Shown here in pieces: positions 38,660 through 51,948 of a stretch of DNA of 64,000 bases; position 1 is the stretch's first letter, and every line of letters begins with the position of its first letter. Made by a program: the position numbers and the translations under genes. The notes under the pieces are model-generated. The model made no database searches, was not told the origin of the DNA, and saw only the letters and a list, made by a program, of their open reading frames with translations. Source of the stretch: Leucoraja ocellata (lineage: Eukaryota); contig JAWMAR010000462.1 of NCBI GenBank assembly GCA_036785375.1, positions 1,054,001-1,118,000 of the forward strand. The letters are read 5' to 3'.

Positions 38660-41600
38660 CTGTTGAATACAAAAAGACATATAGAATTGAAGTATTCTTT
38701 ACACATCACATTATTGTGCAGCAATTGCACCATCTCTCTCCAAGGCCACTGTCCAAGGCCTAACCATATCATTCATTAATGTGGTGTCTAATCGACCCTA
38801 ATGTAAGCTCCAATCATAAAAACGTCCTATGATCAAGACCATCCGTTTCCACCACAAAAACACGACCCATCTCCAGTCCTGCCTCAGACCAGACACTCCT
38901 GGCCAACTTCACATCTTCTGCACTCACTCAAACTAATCGAAAGCTCTGAAGTCCATTTCGTGACTAGCATCATTACTACCACACAACTGCTTGGATTTGT
39001 GGAACGTCCGTGACAAAATAATTTCAAAATAAAAACCAGAAATTGTCAGAAACAATCGTTAGCTAGCCACATTATTAGATATTACAATAGATGACCAAAA
39101 ACTTCAAACATGCAAGTTATAAGGAGATGGAGCATTTTAGGAAGAGATCCCAGGGCACCAAGGCAGAATGATCAAAAGTATTCTCGCCTGAAAATCCACT
39201 TTAAGATTTCATAATTGTCATGTTTTATTTGACCCTGAAGGATCTTCAACCACAGAATCGCCTGGTGACCTCCCAATTGCAACTTTTTAATAAAATTTTC
39301 CTTATGAAAAATAAGAGATTAAGAGGCATCACAGATGTTTCAGTTCTGGTAAAAGAAGTCTGGGCGAAATGACTCAACCTTTCACATCGATTCACATCTG
39401 CAATTCTAAATCTCTGCATAGAGATGAAGAAAATTATTATATTTGTCAGGATAAAAGAAAAGCTTTAATTTGAACCAACGTCTGTTCTTTTTCAGGATGA
39501 ATTAAAAAACTGTACAGCCAATAAAATACCTTCGAAGAGGAGTTCAATATTGCAATACATGAAACTGGAAGCAAATAGGAACACAGCTCACTCTAACAAT
39601 GATTAGATTACATATATTTTTAGTAATACTTACTGGACTGAACACCAGGGCCAACTCAATGCAATAAAAAGGAACTGCGGGTGTTGGTTTATACCAAAGA
39701 GAGACATAAAATGCTCAGTGAGCCAGGCAGCATTTCTGGAGAAAATGGATAGGTGACGTTTTGGGTCAGGACCCTTCTGAAGGGTCACCGATCCATTTTC
39801 TCCAGACATGCTGCCTGATCCACTGAGTTATTCCAGCATTTTGTGTCTACCAGAACTGAGTTGAACACAGTGCACGTGGGTCCATGACTGAATGTCTCAT
39901 GAAATTGTAGACATTCCCTCTGTTGTGCATTGTGCTCAAGACTTAAGGATGTGGGTTACATCCTTAACATTACCCAACTGAAATAGAACCAACTGCGCTT
40001 ATGCGGATCTTCGTAAGGACTAACGACAGATATGGGGATTGAAAAGGTTCAGAGAGATTGAGGCCAAATGCAAGCTAATGAGACTAGTCCAGTATGCCAA
40101 CATGGTCGGCATGGACAAGGTGGACTGAAGGGCCTGTTTCCGTGCTGTACAGCTCTTTGACTTTATGATTCTGAAATCATAGATGTATTCAGTTGCAAAA
40201 TGCCTCCACTGTGCAGGGTAGAGACAATATTGCAGCCATTCTGGTCAAATTAATGGTGCAGGTGGAGGTGGTAAATAAATTGTACTAATTTAGAAACTTA
40301 CTTCTCAAACTAGCATCAAACACCCACAGAAAACTGCGCTGTAATGTGTGCGCTGAATCTGTAAGGCCCTCTTCCTTCTGTTCCTGGAGTTTATGTTCAA
40401 TAAACTGGCATAACTCTGATCAAATGTCAGCAACAGTTAAATCATTTCAGGCATTATTTTGTGACTTCAGGCAGTGTGGTGCTGTGTTTCTGCACTGTGA
40501 TTATAATCCAAAAATATATATCAGTGGAAATAGCAGGGAAACAGTAAAGAAAACTCACATCAAAAATAAAATATTAATGTCGAGGAATTGGCTGAGAAGC
40601 AGTTTCTAGAAGATGCAGCTGTTTTCATGAGACAACAGAGAGCAGAGCAGCTGGTTCTCATCATTCTCAGAGAGCCACAGTAATCATTAAGCAACCTTCG
40701 TCTGGAGGTTATGCCCTTGCTGCACCATTGAACATTACGTTGATGAGACCTATTAACACCCATTATGTGTCACATAAGCTTCAGAAGCAATCAGACCAGC
40801 GTATAAACCAGGATAAAATTGGTACCATTTACAAGTGAACCACTTTTCACGTATTATCTACTGCTTGAAGAGAACTGCAATCCCGAGTAAAATAAGGCAA
40901 ATGCAATTAATGGTGGAAGAATTTCATTACATAGAATTTACAGCACAGCGAAAGGCCACGTTGTTTAACTACTCACTAACATTTATGTTCCTTGTGAACC
41001 CATCATTATTCTTCATTCAACGATATAAACATACCTTTCTATTCAATTGTTGATCATGATCCAGCTTAAATTTCCCCTTAAAGGCATCTTGATTTAATTG
41101 CTTCTATTCCTCCATGCGGTTGAGTTAAACATTCCTAATCATAGAATTACAGAGCATGGAAACTGTTCCTTCGGCCCACTGAGTGTGTGCTGATTGGCAA
41201 ACACCATCACTAATCTTTCTCTCAACCAATTTTATTCTCCCCATTTTCTCATCAACTCCCAATTCGACCACCCAATTGTACACATTTTACAGGACAATTA
41301 ACCTACCGACCACTCTTGATAGAAATAAATTTCCGAATTAGTCATTGAATTTTAACTATTATATATTAACCACTCCCAATTACAGACTGCACGCCAGTTT
41401 TTAGGTTCCTTCAATCATTCTGTTATTATACTACAGCATTTTAAAAAGTGTGATCAATATTTTTTTTGATTGTTCCTGCTGTAGAGCACATCACACTGCA
41501 TAACATGAGCAAACAGATTAGGGGGGCTATATTCCAAAACAGACTGCATAAGAGAGGGGTAGAAGAGTAGCTTGTTGAAATGAATCTTTAATTAACGTGG

Positions 41601-44600
41601 CAGGATAGATGATTAATGCCAATGTTAAATTCTCTTGCGAGCTAATTGAAAAATCTTATGGGCATCAAAGGCAACAATTAATGTGAACGGGTGCCGAGAT
41701 TGAAGAAAAAAACATAACCAATCTGAGACACAATTGACGGCAGATGTTGCAATCTGGAGCAAAAGAAACAATCTGCTGGAGGAACTTGCAGATTGAGCAG
41801 CATGTGTAGGGTAGAGAATTGTGACTATTTACTCGATATCCCGTATCCGGAGGGGGAAGATAGTCAGTATAGAGGGGACAGGACGGGGCGGCGGACAGGG
41901 GTGAGGGAGGGCACAGTTGGTGACAGGTGGACAGGATGGTTGTTTGAAGGAAGATGGAGCCATGGGGTGGGTAATGGAGAGACAGGGGTAGACAAAGTGG
42001 GAAGAAAAAGGGCAGATAAAGCCATCAGGGCACAGGAGACAGTGAAGGTAGACAGTTGTTAATTATCTCTTTAATTTTGTAATAGCAAGCTTTAATCTCT
42101 CCACCTATATTCGTTCCTACACAATCCCTTGAATTGTATTCAAACTCAGATAAAACTTTGTAACACCACCCAATCTGATGCGATTGCTGGGAATTTCTAT
42201 AGCATAGCAATGAAACTCCAGACCGATGAGGGGGTTCTTCATTTGGAATTTTAATAAAGAGGAACCATTTTTGTTCTTTATTCAAGGAAGAGCTCCAAGC
42301 AAATTCAGTCAATTTCACTGCACAGTTATGGTTCCCATAATAAATTCCATATTCTGTCCTCTTGTGTGCTCTGGTGCAGGAAGATATTTGATTTCAGTTG
42401 CAGTCTTGGTTATCTTTATGGTGTAGGATTATCCTAGCAATCTATTTGTACACTTTGTAAACGCTGAATTAAGTTTGGAAAGTATAACACAATCATACCA
42501 ACGCTTTGTCATGTCGAATTAAACAGGAATTCTGAAGACTCAAATAATAACAGCATCTGTTTTCAATTTTGTTAAAAGCTAAAGGAAATTAGGGTGGTGT
42601 AAAGATTGGAATATAGGTAATTTTATCTTCCTGTAATAACTTAATTTGTTAAGCACTAATTATTATTACAAAAATCAGAGAGGATATGCTATTTGGATAT
42701 GGATCAAGAGTATTATAAAATTCCAAGAACTGATGAACTGATTTAAAAAAAATGATTTCATGCAAATCAAACAGTCGAGCACAGTATACTGAAACATAAT
42801 TTCCTTTCAAATGATATAAACAAAACCTTGCTCAAAACAAAGGGTTGGAGGAACTCAGCAGGTCAGGCCATATTCATGGAGAGAATTGATAGATGACGTT
42901 TTGGGCCAGAAGCCTTAGTATCTTCTTACTGTTTGCTAATAATCTGAACAGAAATTAATCCGTTCATATCTTTTGTTTCTTCATATTTATGACGAGAGTA
43001 AATCATGCCCTCAGAAATCAATCAAACCCTTCCACCAATATCCCAATGCTCCCGCTGATCATGTAGTTTGCATGGATTACCTGATATTTATCAATGAGTT
43101 AAACATAAATGCTGGAGTCACAATCAAGAGATTTACAAACCATGCAAGAATTGGCCAGATGGTTGTCAGAAATTATCTTGACCAGGGGAACATGTTAATA
43201 GATTGTTGAAGAAGGGTCCTGACCCGAAACATGCTAAAGGAATTCAGTCAAAAGAACCATGAAGTAACGAACCTGTGGAGGGCAAATAAAGTAAGGGAAT
43301 GCACAAGAGAAGTCTAGCTGACCAAATGGGCCTTTGGCTGTGTGCCTACAGATCCCTGAAGATAGCATGGAAAGAGGATGAAATTGTTGAAGTAGCATAC
43401 TGAGACGGGGAAGATAAAAAGAGTAACAAAGGTAAAGACTACTTAGACCATAACTAGTCAGCATGCATAGCTCGGATTGTCACGAAACAGGAACAGTGAG
43501 ATACCATTATCGAGGGTGCAATGGAGATCTACAGGATGCCGTCAAGACTTCAGCTAGGAGAGAAAAATCGAACAGTCTAAGCTTCTTTCCCTTGGAACAA
43601 AAACAGCCAAGGGGGGATTTAATTGAAGCGCACATAATTACATGGATTCTAGACAAAATGCATGGAGAGAACATATTTCCTTTTGTAGGAAATAACCAGT
43701 GAGAATAGATTTGAGGGAAAAACAAACTGCCGGAGGAACATAGCGGATCAAGCAGATATGTAGAGGGAAACGGAGAGACGATGTTTCACGTGCGGACTCT
43801 TCATCAGATTTGAAGTTGTTCAGAGGAGCATTAAAGTGAAGAATAAGTTAGAAATCACTGCCTGAAAGGGTATTAGAGTGCAAAGTACTTGCATATCGAC
43901 TTGAATATTAGATGCAACTTACATTCCCTCAGGCATATACATTTCCTTTCAAAAGAAATGACCAAAGCTATTTCCAATAGCACCACAATAAATATAACAA
44001 GTACTCACATGAACACTGAAACCCAACCAAACTGCACAGCCAGTACAACATCGGCAGTGTGATTTTGGGCGGTTTGAGATACAATGGGATTGAAAATGAA
44101 ACCCTGAGGCTTATGCAAGCACAACGCACAACCATCATGCGTTTCCATAGTAATCTCGCAGATGCAGTTATGGAAGAAATCATCCGATTAAAAATACAGT
44201 GGAGTTCTATTTCAAAAATGATTCAGGATGCTAAGCTCCACAGGAATATTGTGAGTTGTTTACCAATGAAAAGCAAAGTCAGACATTGATTTTCAATTGT
44301 TTGATTAATTGGTTTTGCCCTTTTGCCGAGCACAATATACCAGTGAAACAGAACATGTTCAATGTACTCAGAAGTCAAGTTTGCAAAAGGTCTCTATTGA
44401 ACCTCTGTTTTTCATTTACAGAATGGCTGGTGATCAGAAGGAAAGGCCTTTGGACTGAATTCATGTAAATATATGCATACCATAGCAATTTATTCTGCAA
44501 AGCTTTTTCATGACTAATAATGACAATACATTAACAATTCAATATGACTCCATCAAAGAACACGTATGGCTCTTCAATTTGACATCCAAACGTAAGACAG

Positions 44601-44639
44601 TATTATACCATGCCTAGACCAGACAAGTAGTTCTGTAAG

Positions 44640-44789
44640 GTAGACACAAAATGCAGGAGTATCTCAGAGGGACAGGCAGCATCTCTGGAGAGAAGAAATG
44701 GGTGACGTTTTGGCTCGAGACCTTTCTTCAGACTGATGTCAGGGGAGTGGGCGGGACAGAGATAGAATGTAGTCGGAGACTTACCTACA
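44640..44789 (-). mobile_element. PLE-derived short element with degenerate 16-bp TSD
   Basis: CAAGTAGTTCTGTAAG (44624-44639) versus CAAGTACTTCTGCAAG (44790-44805). Degenerate CTGAAGA...AAACGTC motif on the minus strand. Confidence 0.7.
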
Positions 44790-45059
44790 CAAGTACTTCT
44801 GCAAGATGTACCTGACTTTTCAAAAGCTGTGACATTTTGGGCTTTGAGGTAAACAACTATTTACTGCCGATAACTGGTAGCATAAGCACTACTGATTGTC
44901 TGAAGTGGCAGCTTTTTAAGTGTTAAGTCACAGAGACGGTCAACAGCGTAAATAATGATACATGCAACAACCTGCGCATTTATTAAGCAACTTTAACAAA
45001 AGTCAAATGCCCAAGGCATCAGATAAAACTGTTATGCAATACAACTTCACTATAAGGAA

Positions 45060-45585
45060 AGTCATACAGCATGGAAGCATTCAACCCAACTTGCCCGAGC
45101 CAACCATGATGCCCCATCTACACTAGTCACACCTTCCTGTGTTTGGCCCATTTCCCACTAAACCTTTCCTATCCGTCCAAATGTCCTTTACATGCTGTTA
45201 TTGTACCTATCATCCCCGAGCCTCCTGTGCTCCAACACACCTGCCCAGCCTCTGCCAATAGCTCAGGCCCACAAGTCCTAGCAATCTTTTCTGCACTCTT
45301 TCCAGCTTGACAATATCCTTCCTATAACAGGGTGACGGAAACTGAAAAGAAATACTCCAAATGCAACCTCCCGAAAGCCTTCTACAACTGTAACATAACA
45401 TTCTAACATTTATACAATACCCTGACTGATAAAGACCAATGTTCTTATTAATCAATGGCGATTAGTCTACCCATGATGCCATTTTCACGGAACTATGTAC
45501 CTGCACTCCTAGATCCCTCTGCTCTACAACACTCCTCAGGGCCCTAATATTCACTGTGAAGGTCCTTCCCTGGTTTGACTTCCCA
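45060..45585 (-). mobile_element. CR1 LINE 3' fragment with internal deletions
   Basis: QFPSPCYRKDIVKLERVQKR, followed by a CR1-type 3' UTR. Confidence 0.75.
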
Positions 45586-46317
45586 TTGGGCTAATAGGAC
45601 AGGTGAGCAGTGAATCAACCTGCACGGCATAAGGAGAAGCCCTAGGAAGGAATTCTAGAACTTTGGGTACTTAAAACTAAAGACCATCGTTGAGGACAGA
45701 GCAAGGGAGGCCGAGAGATTGCAGATCTGGAGAAAACCATATTGGAGAAGTTCAAAAATAAAATTTAAATATATTTAATTAGTCCAGCAGGAGAGGCAAA
45801 TCCATTTGCTTCTGACACAGAACCTTTACTCAATGATCACAAGCCTGGAAACAAAGTCACAATACTTATTGTGAAACTAGAATGGGTGGAGGTAATAGCT
45901 ATAATGTTTGAGGTGGTTGATTGATTTAAGATTTTTTCATTACCATAAATTCTCTCAGTTAATTTTTATCAATTCAACCATTGAAAATGAATGGCTTCAT
46001 TCTTCATCTTGACTGTTCTCCCAATGTGTGATATTGTAAATGTAGAGTTACACAAGATGTGTTAAACTTCCATGACAAGGAACACACACAGAATGATCTA
46101 GGTGGAACATATTGAGCATGTAGGTACAAGCCAATAATACCATATGCAAGATCTTATCTTAAAGCAGCTTTGGGAGTGAAAAGCGCATTTTACCTATAAG
46201 GGTTAACAAGTCTCCAAGTTGTCTTCAATACTTAAAAATGCACTTTTGTGCAGAGAGAGATAAATTGTACAGGGCCTGTCATAGTGTGGTGAAAACACTT
46301 CAAAATTTTAATTATAA

Positions 46318-46762
46318 TAATTTTATTTATAGAGCACTTTAAAAACATACATAGCTGCAACAAAGTGCTGTACATCACTAATCATTGACAAAAAAGTTAA
46401 TACACACCAAAAATAACAATCAAAAGATATAGTAGGAAAAGACATGTAAAATAAAGAAACATCAAAAACACCACAAACAGAAGCAAAGCCTCAGGCATGG
46501 TCAAACGCCAGGGAGTACAAATGTGTTTTAACACTGGATTTGAAGATGGACAGTGAGGGGGCCTGTCTGATGTGCAACGGCAGGGTGTTCCAGAGTGCCG
46601 GAGCAGCAACAGAGAAGGCTCTATCCCCTCTGAGCCTCCGACTAGACCTCGGTACCTCCAGGAGCAGCTGACCAGCTGACCTGAGGGACCGGGCAGGAGC
46701 GCATGGGTGGAGCAGCTCAGAGAGGTAAGGCGGGGCGAGCCCATTCAGAGATTTAAAAACAA
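46318..46762 (-). mobile_element. L2-clade LINE 3' end (young)
   Basis: Intact VFKSLNGLAPPYLSELLHP...RSLRS...RGDRAFSVAAPALWNTLPLHIRQAPSLSIFKSSVKTHLYSLAF. 3' end CAGCACTTTG...AAAGTGCTCTATAAATAAA. Confidence 0.9.
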
Positions 46763-46826
46763 ATATGTGGAAGTAACAATATTGGCTGCAAACAGACCGA
46801 AACAAACAAAATAATCAATTACAACT

Positions 46827-49120
46827 TGTAGTGTATATAATGATAACTGTGACTTTAAGGACTGAGTACTAGAATGGTTTGATTTGTGTAATTGATATAT
46901 TTAATATCTTATCACGCTCATTAATATGCGCGAGTATGCGTAGTGTACATTTGTAAAATAAAGAAGTCCTACACTGGCAACAGCGTGTACTGAAAACCTG
47001 CGCTTGTTTCTAATTACATTGAAGCCGTAATATCTTACAATGGCAACGAGGATCGGATATTGTTGGTGAACTCAACATTTAAATACGGTGCAGGACTGTT
47101 TTGCAAGATGCAGTATTGTTTAACATTTTAAACAGCAAATATGAAGCTGTGTTGCAGTTGTTTGCGAACTGAACACGATAGGCCACAGATCCTTCTATGC
47201 ATGGGACTGTAGTCTAAAACAGCAGCTGTACAAATCGTCGAGTTTGTCAGGCTATCTTTGTGTTGTGTCTACGGGGCAAGATGGCATCCTTGGGATACAT
47301 AGGCAGACTAAGGACTTTCAACAAGAACCATGAAATCTTTACCTTCTACTGTGAGCAAATTATTATTATTTTTTTAATTGCAAATTACATTATTGAAGCT
47401 GAAGAAACAGAGGATGATGATCAAGTGCAGGTAAGAGCACAAAATAAGGCCACCCAGGAACAAAAGAAAGCCATTCTATTAACTGAAATTGGTCCTGAAG
47501 TTTATGAAACTCTCACCAACATCCTAGCCCCAGAGAAAGCAAGGAATGTTTCATTTGAGAATGTTCTTTCAAAACTTGATGCTCACTTCAGCCCTAAGCC
47601 CATAGAGATAGCAGATAGTGACAAATTTCACACAAGGAACCAGAAGTCTGGTGAGACTGGGTGAGGACATTATCTCATTGAAGAAGTTGTCGCTACACTG
47701 CAATTTTGCGACATTTCTGGATCGAGCTTTACGTGATGAGCAATGCTGGATGAGCAAATCCAATCAAATGGATCACACACCAGCCCTAACCTTTGATTTG
47801 GCATGCAAAACTGCTTTGGCCATGGTCAGCAATACCTGCAATGGCAGCCTCGAGGATGCAGCGTTGCGCAGTTCTCCTGTCACAGTATGACTACAGCATT
47901 GAGTACCACAGCTCAAAAGAAAATGCTATCGTTGATGCATTGTCGCGTTTGCCTCATGAAGAATCAGATGTGGGCACTGAAGGTCCTATCTACGTCACAG
48001 AAGCAGTGGACAATGACTTTTCAGTCACAGCAGCAGCAATTGCTGCTGAAACTCAAAAAGACACAGTGCAAAAACAAGTATATGAACAAACTTTGTGTGG
48101 ATGACCAGAAATAAAACAATGTACAAATGAACTAAAATCTTATCACAATAGAAGACATGAACTGTCATGTGAGCATGGGTGTATTAAATGGAGTCAGAGT
48201 AGTCGTGCCTGGTGGTACAAATGGGTACGAACATAAGAGAAAGAACAATAGATGCCTTGTGGTCTATATTTGCGTGTCATGGATTACCTGAAGTCCTTGA
48301 AGGGAATTAAAAATTCAATATGTCACAGCGGTTAGCTAGTTTCTTACTGAAATATCGTACCATGCCACAATCTACCACAGGGTATACGCCAGTTGAACTT
48401 CTCATGGGAAGAAGGCTCAGAACTAGACGGTTTGGTTCTATCTAACCTACCTCCGAAGGTTAAACGCAAACAATCTGATCAGAAAAGTCGTTATGGTGGA
48501 AGTCAAAAAGAATGTAGGTTCAATGCACATGATAAGGTTTGTGTTCTCAGCCCCCCTTACAAGGCAAACAAATGGGAGGTGGGAACAGTAGTTGAAATGT
48601 GTGGAACCAGGAGGTACTTGGTAGAAATTGGAGGACGTGTTAGAAATAAACCATGTGATCCCAGCAAGGGATGAAGAGCAAAGCATAGACGAAGAAACAA
48701 ATCTGTCAGACTTTGGTATTATTCCAAGTTCAGATGTAAGAGCAGAATCTCCAAAGAAAGTAGAGACAAAGGTAAATGACCCAGAACTTAACTTTTCTTT
48801 AGAACCACAACCTGACACTCCCCCTAAACCACTCGGGAGATCAGAAAGAGTGCGTAAACCAATCATCAGATTAAATTTATAAAATTATTTGTGTTTATAT
48901 AATTTACTAGTTATTTTATTTTCTAATGGGAGAGCGGTGTACTGAGTACTAGAATGGTATGATTTGTGTCATGTGATATATTCAATATCTTATGTCTCAT
49001 AAATATGCGTGAGTATGCGCGGTGTACTTTTGTAAAATAAAGACGACCCACACTGGCAACAGTGTGTATGGAAAACCTGTGCTTGTTTCTATCTACATGC
49101 TGAAGCCAGAATATCTTACA
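46827..49120 (+). mobile_element. Internally deleted Ty3/Gypsy (Mag-type) LTR retrotransposon
   Basis: LTRs TG...CA at 46827-47039 and 48938-49120. PBS TGGCAACGAGGATCGGA at 47041-47057. Polypurine tract at about 48925-48937. TSD CAACT/CACCT. Remnants of gag (IGPEVYETLTNILAPEK), RNase H (AASRMQRCAVLLSQYDYSIEY...NAIVDALSRLP) and integrase C-terminus (RSERVRKPIIRLNL). Confidence 0.92.
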
Positions 49121-50509
49121 CACCTCATTAAAAATCATACTGAAATTCACATCACCGTAGCAACTTACAAACCCTGGCTCCAGATTGACTAGAAATTTAT
49201 TTAACTTGGCTACAAGAGATAGAAAGAAAGAAATGCATGTGCCAATCAATCCTCATGTTCTACTTAGGAGTATATTGTTGGCAGGCATCACTTCACAGAT
49301 GTGGTTCAAAATTAACAGCAAAGGTCATAAAAAGAATGTTATACTCCTGTACTAAATGCTCATGGCAGAACATATTGATTTGGTCCATAAGCCAATGCCT
49401 GTTCTGATCACTTGCCATTTCAACTCCAAATCACTCGGATCACTGCCTTCCAGGCTGTTCCAATGAGACTTTCAGATAAACTTCTAGTTTTATATCGTTC
49501 TAGCCTCAGGAATGAAGACACAAGAGACAGCAGATGCTGCATTCTTGAGCAAAATCAAACTGCAGGAGAAACTCAGCACATCAGACAGTATCCATGGAGG
49601 GAATGGACAGTTAACGTTTTGGGTCAGGATCCTCACGACCATGAAGGCGACTCCCCGGCAACCACCCGCAAACATGTGGCAACTGCATAGTCTCCTACAC
49701 TCGCCTATAAGGGACAGGCCCATAAAGAACCACACAATTAGATGTGTAGCAGTCTTACAAAGCACAAATATATAATTACCAGGGGATCATTCGAAGGTAC
49801 TTGTGTTTTCCAGAGTGTGCTCAATTTGGAGAATTGTTTTATACTGCTGTTAAGTATAACCTTAAAATTGCTTTTCTGAGTTTTTTGCAAATCAGAGAAA
49901 TAAGTCTATAAACTTGGATAAATAATTTAGGCAAAGAAATGAGATGGAAAGGTATTATTTTCTCAAATTAAACAGAAATAAACCAGTGTGTTTTTTGCTT
50001 TCATGACAGTTTGTGACTCACTTCTAAATTTCTGCCTCCATTTTACTCATTTATTAACTACAATCAAATATAGGATTTTATATTTTCCAGTTGAATCTTG
50101 CATATTAGTACATATTTTTAACCATGGACTGAAATCAGCATCTTAATTTGCCTCACAGCAAAAAAAAACCCAAGATCTCAAAACCATAGTTTATAAATCT
50201 ATTATTTGGGGATGGGGAATGTTATTTAAAGTTAATTGATTCATTGTGTGGCTACAACACTCGGAAGGGGAAAATAGAGGAGCATTACATGGTGCAATGA
50301 AATTCAAGAAAAACTTCAAACTTTATTGTCTTTCTATGAAATACAATTCTTGAATTTTTATCTTCTATAACCACAGGTTAACATGAAAAATGCTAAATTA
50401 ATTTCACCTTTATCTACCTCTAGAAATGCAGGAAATACAGCAGTCCATTGGTGCACAGCTAGTTTGCAGAAACAGTGAAGATAATAAGTGAATTGTGTCA
50501 CTGACATTG

Positions 50510-51125
50510 ATAGAAGCGTGAATTTGCAGCCGGACACCCGAGATAGATCCTTCAGGACGACAGCGGCGGAAGACGGAGGAAATGAACAGTTCCATTGCGG
50601 AGACTGAGGGCTCAACTCCCGTGCCCCAGGAGGTGCTCTGGTTTTCAGAGATTAGTGTGCAGGAGGGTACAGAGGCTGAATGTGACTCTGAGGCGAGGGA
50701 CGGTGTGCTCACAGGTCAACGTCTCTGGATCGGGCCGCAAGAGGTCTTGTAGAAGCTTGGGACCAAATTAGATTGGGTGTTGCACGCACGGAACGGGCAC
50801 ATCTGCAGATGCACGGAGCGGCGGAGAAGGGGACCAACAACATTGCCTGGCCAGGCCCACCCTTGCAACCAACCCAGTGCTGCCAGGACAATGCGCCTTT
50901 ATGCCCAAGTTCAGACCAACATTTTTAACAATTCTGTACTTGAAGGATACCAGTTGGCGCTGGAAACATGGCGACTCTTGTGGACTACCTCAGAGTACTC
51001 TACTATTTTTACACTCTTGTCCTCAAGTATGATTGTGCCCATCTATAATAAGACTTTTACTGAACTGCATGCAAAAAAGGAATTTCACTGTACCCAAGTC
51101 AATATGATAATAATGTATCAATGAG
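50510..51125 (+). repeat. GC-rich non-autonomous retroposon-like repeat (unclassified)
   Basis: CpG-rich 5' part with no recognisable protein. 3' end GCAAAAAAGGAATTTCACTGTACC...ATAATAAT resembles LINE-type tails. Confidence 0.4.
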
Positions 51126-51784
51126 CATTAGGAACAATAAGTGGGCAAGGCAGGCATGCAACCACCTGAAATTACGCAATGGGATCTTGCATGTTCAGTT
51201 GATGGAGCCTCAGTTTATCATTTCATCTGAAAGCAGTTGCCTCTAATATTGGAACACTCCTGTACTGGACTGGCAGCGTGGAACTTGCCCTTTAGATTTC
51301 AGTCTTGCACCCATGACCTACACTTGTTTTGTTTTCAATTATCACAGCTGACACAGTGGGTCATAATCTCCAGTGCTGGAGAAATGATGTGTTCTTTGGT
51401 TCTTTTGAAGATGTACAACAGCAAAACATTTGGAATCTCTTAATCCTCACTTTCCCTGCAATTCATTTAATTTTAAAAGCAGATTGTGTTAAAACATTCA
51501 TTTTTGTTCAATGGCCTCTCTAATTATTGCCAGTAATGTCCAACACCACATACTCCCAGTCTTTCTAAATGCAAACACATATTTTATGAGAAGCAAAAGG
51601 CAAACACTAAGCGAGGTAGTCACCTTTATGGATTGTGGATTTATTTTGACAAAGTAACAGAGAGTATAGTACAAGCCCTCAATATGTGTGAAGATTTATG
51701 TGTTAAACATTGATTGAAATGGATCACCACGCATACTAGTGTTGTTAGCATTTGTTTTTTTTAAACTGTGCAAAAACAACTTAC

Positions 51785-51948
51785 CTTTTCTTTTGCATGC
51801 ATTTAATCTTCTGAACATAGAGCCCCAACTCTATGTCTATTGGCAGCAAAACTGCACGGGGTCTTGACCTGGAATAGATAAGTCTGCAAACAGCCGTCTC
51901 AGCCCTGTTGAAACCGAAGGGCTGAGTGTTTACATGTAGTATCCGCAT
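51785..51948 (-). CDS. GPSM1: GPSM1/AGS3 first coding exon (long N-terminal isoform)
   Basis: In-frame TAA, then ACC-ATG at 51948. Open for 54 codons (MRILHVNTQPFGFNRAETAVCRLIYSRSRPRAVLLPIDIELGLYVQKIKCMQKK) plus AG, then a perfect donor GTAAGT. Phase 2 joins exon 2 (AG+A = Arg, then MEASC). The ELGLYV...KR|MEASC motif resembles long GPSM1 N-termini as I recall them. Confidence 0.8.

Noticed and set aside
50358-50891. ORFs in the GC-rich patch as GPSM1 exon 1
   Set aside because: No open phase-2 donor compatible with exon 2. The patch looks repeat-derived, and 51785-51948 fits far better.
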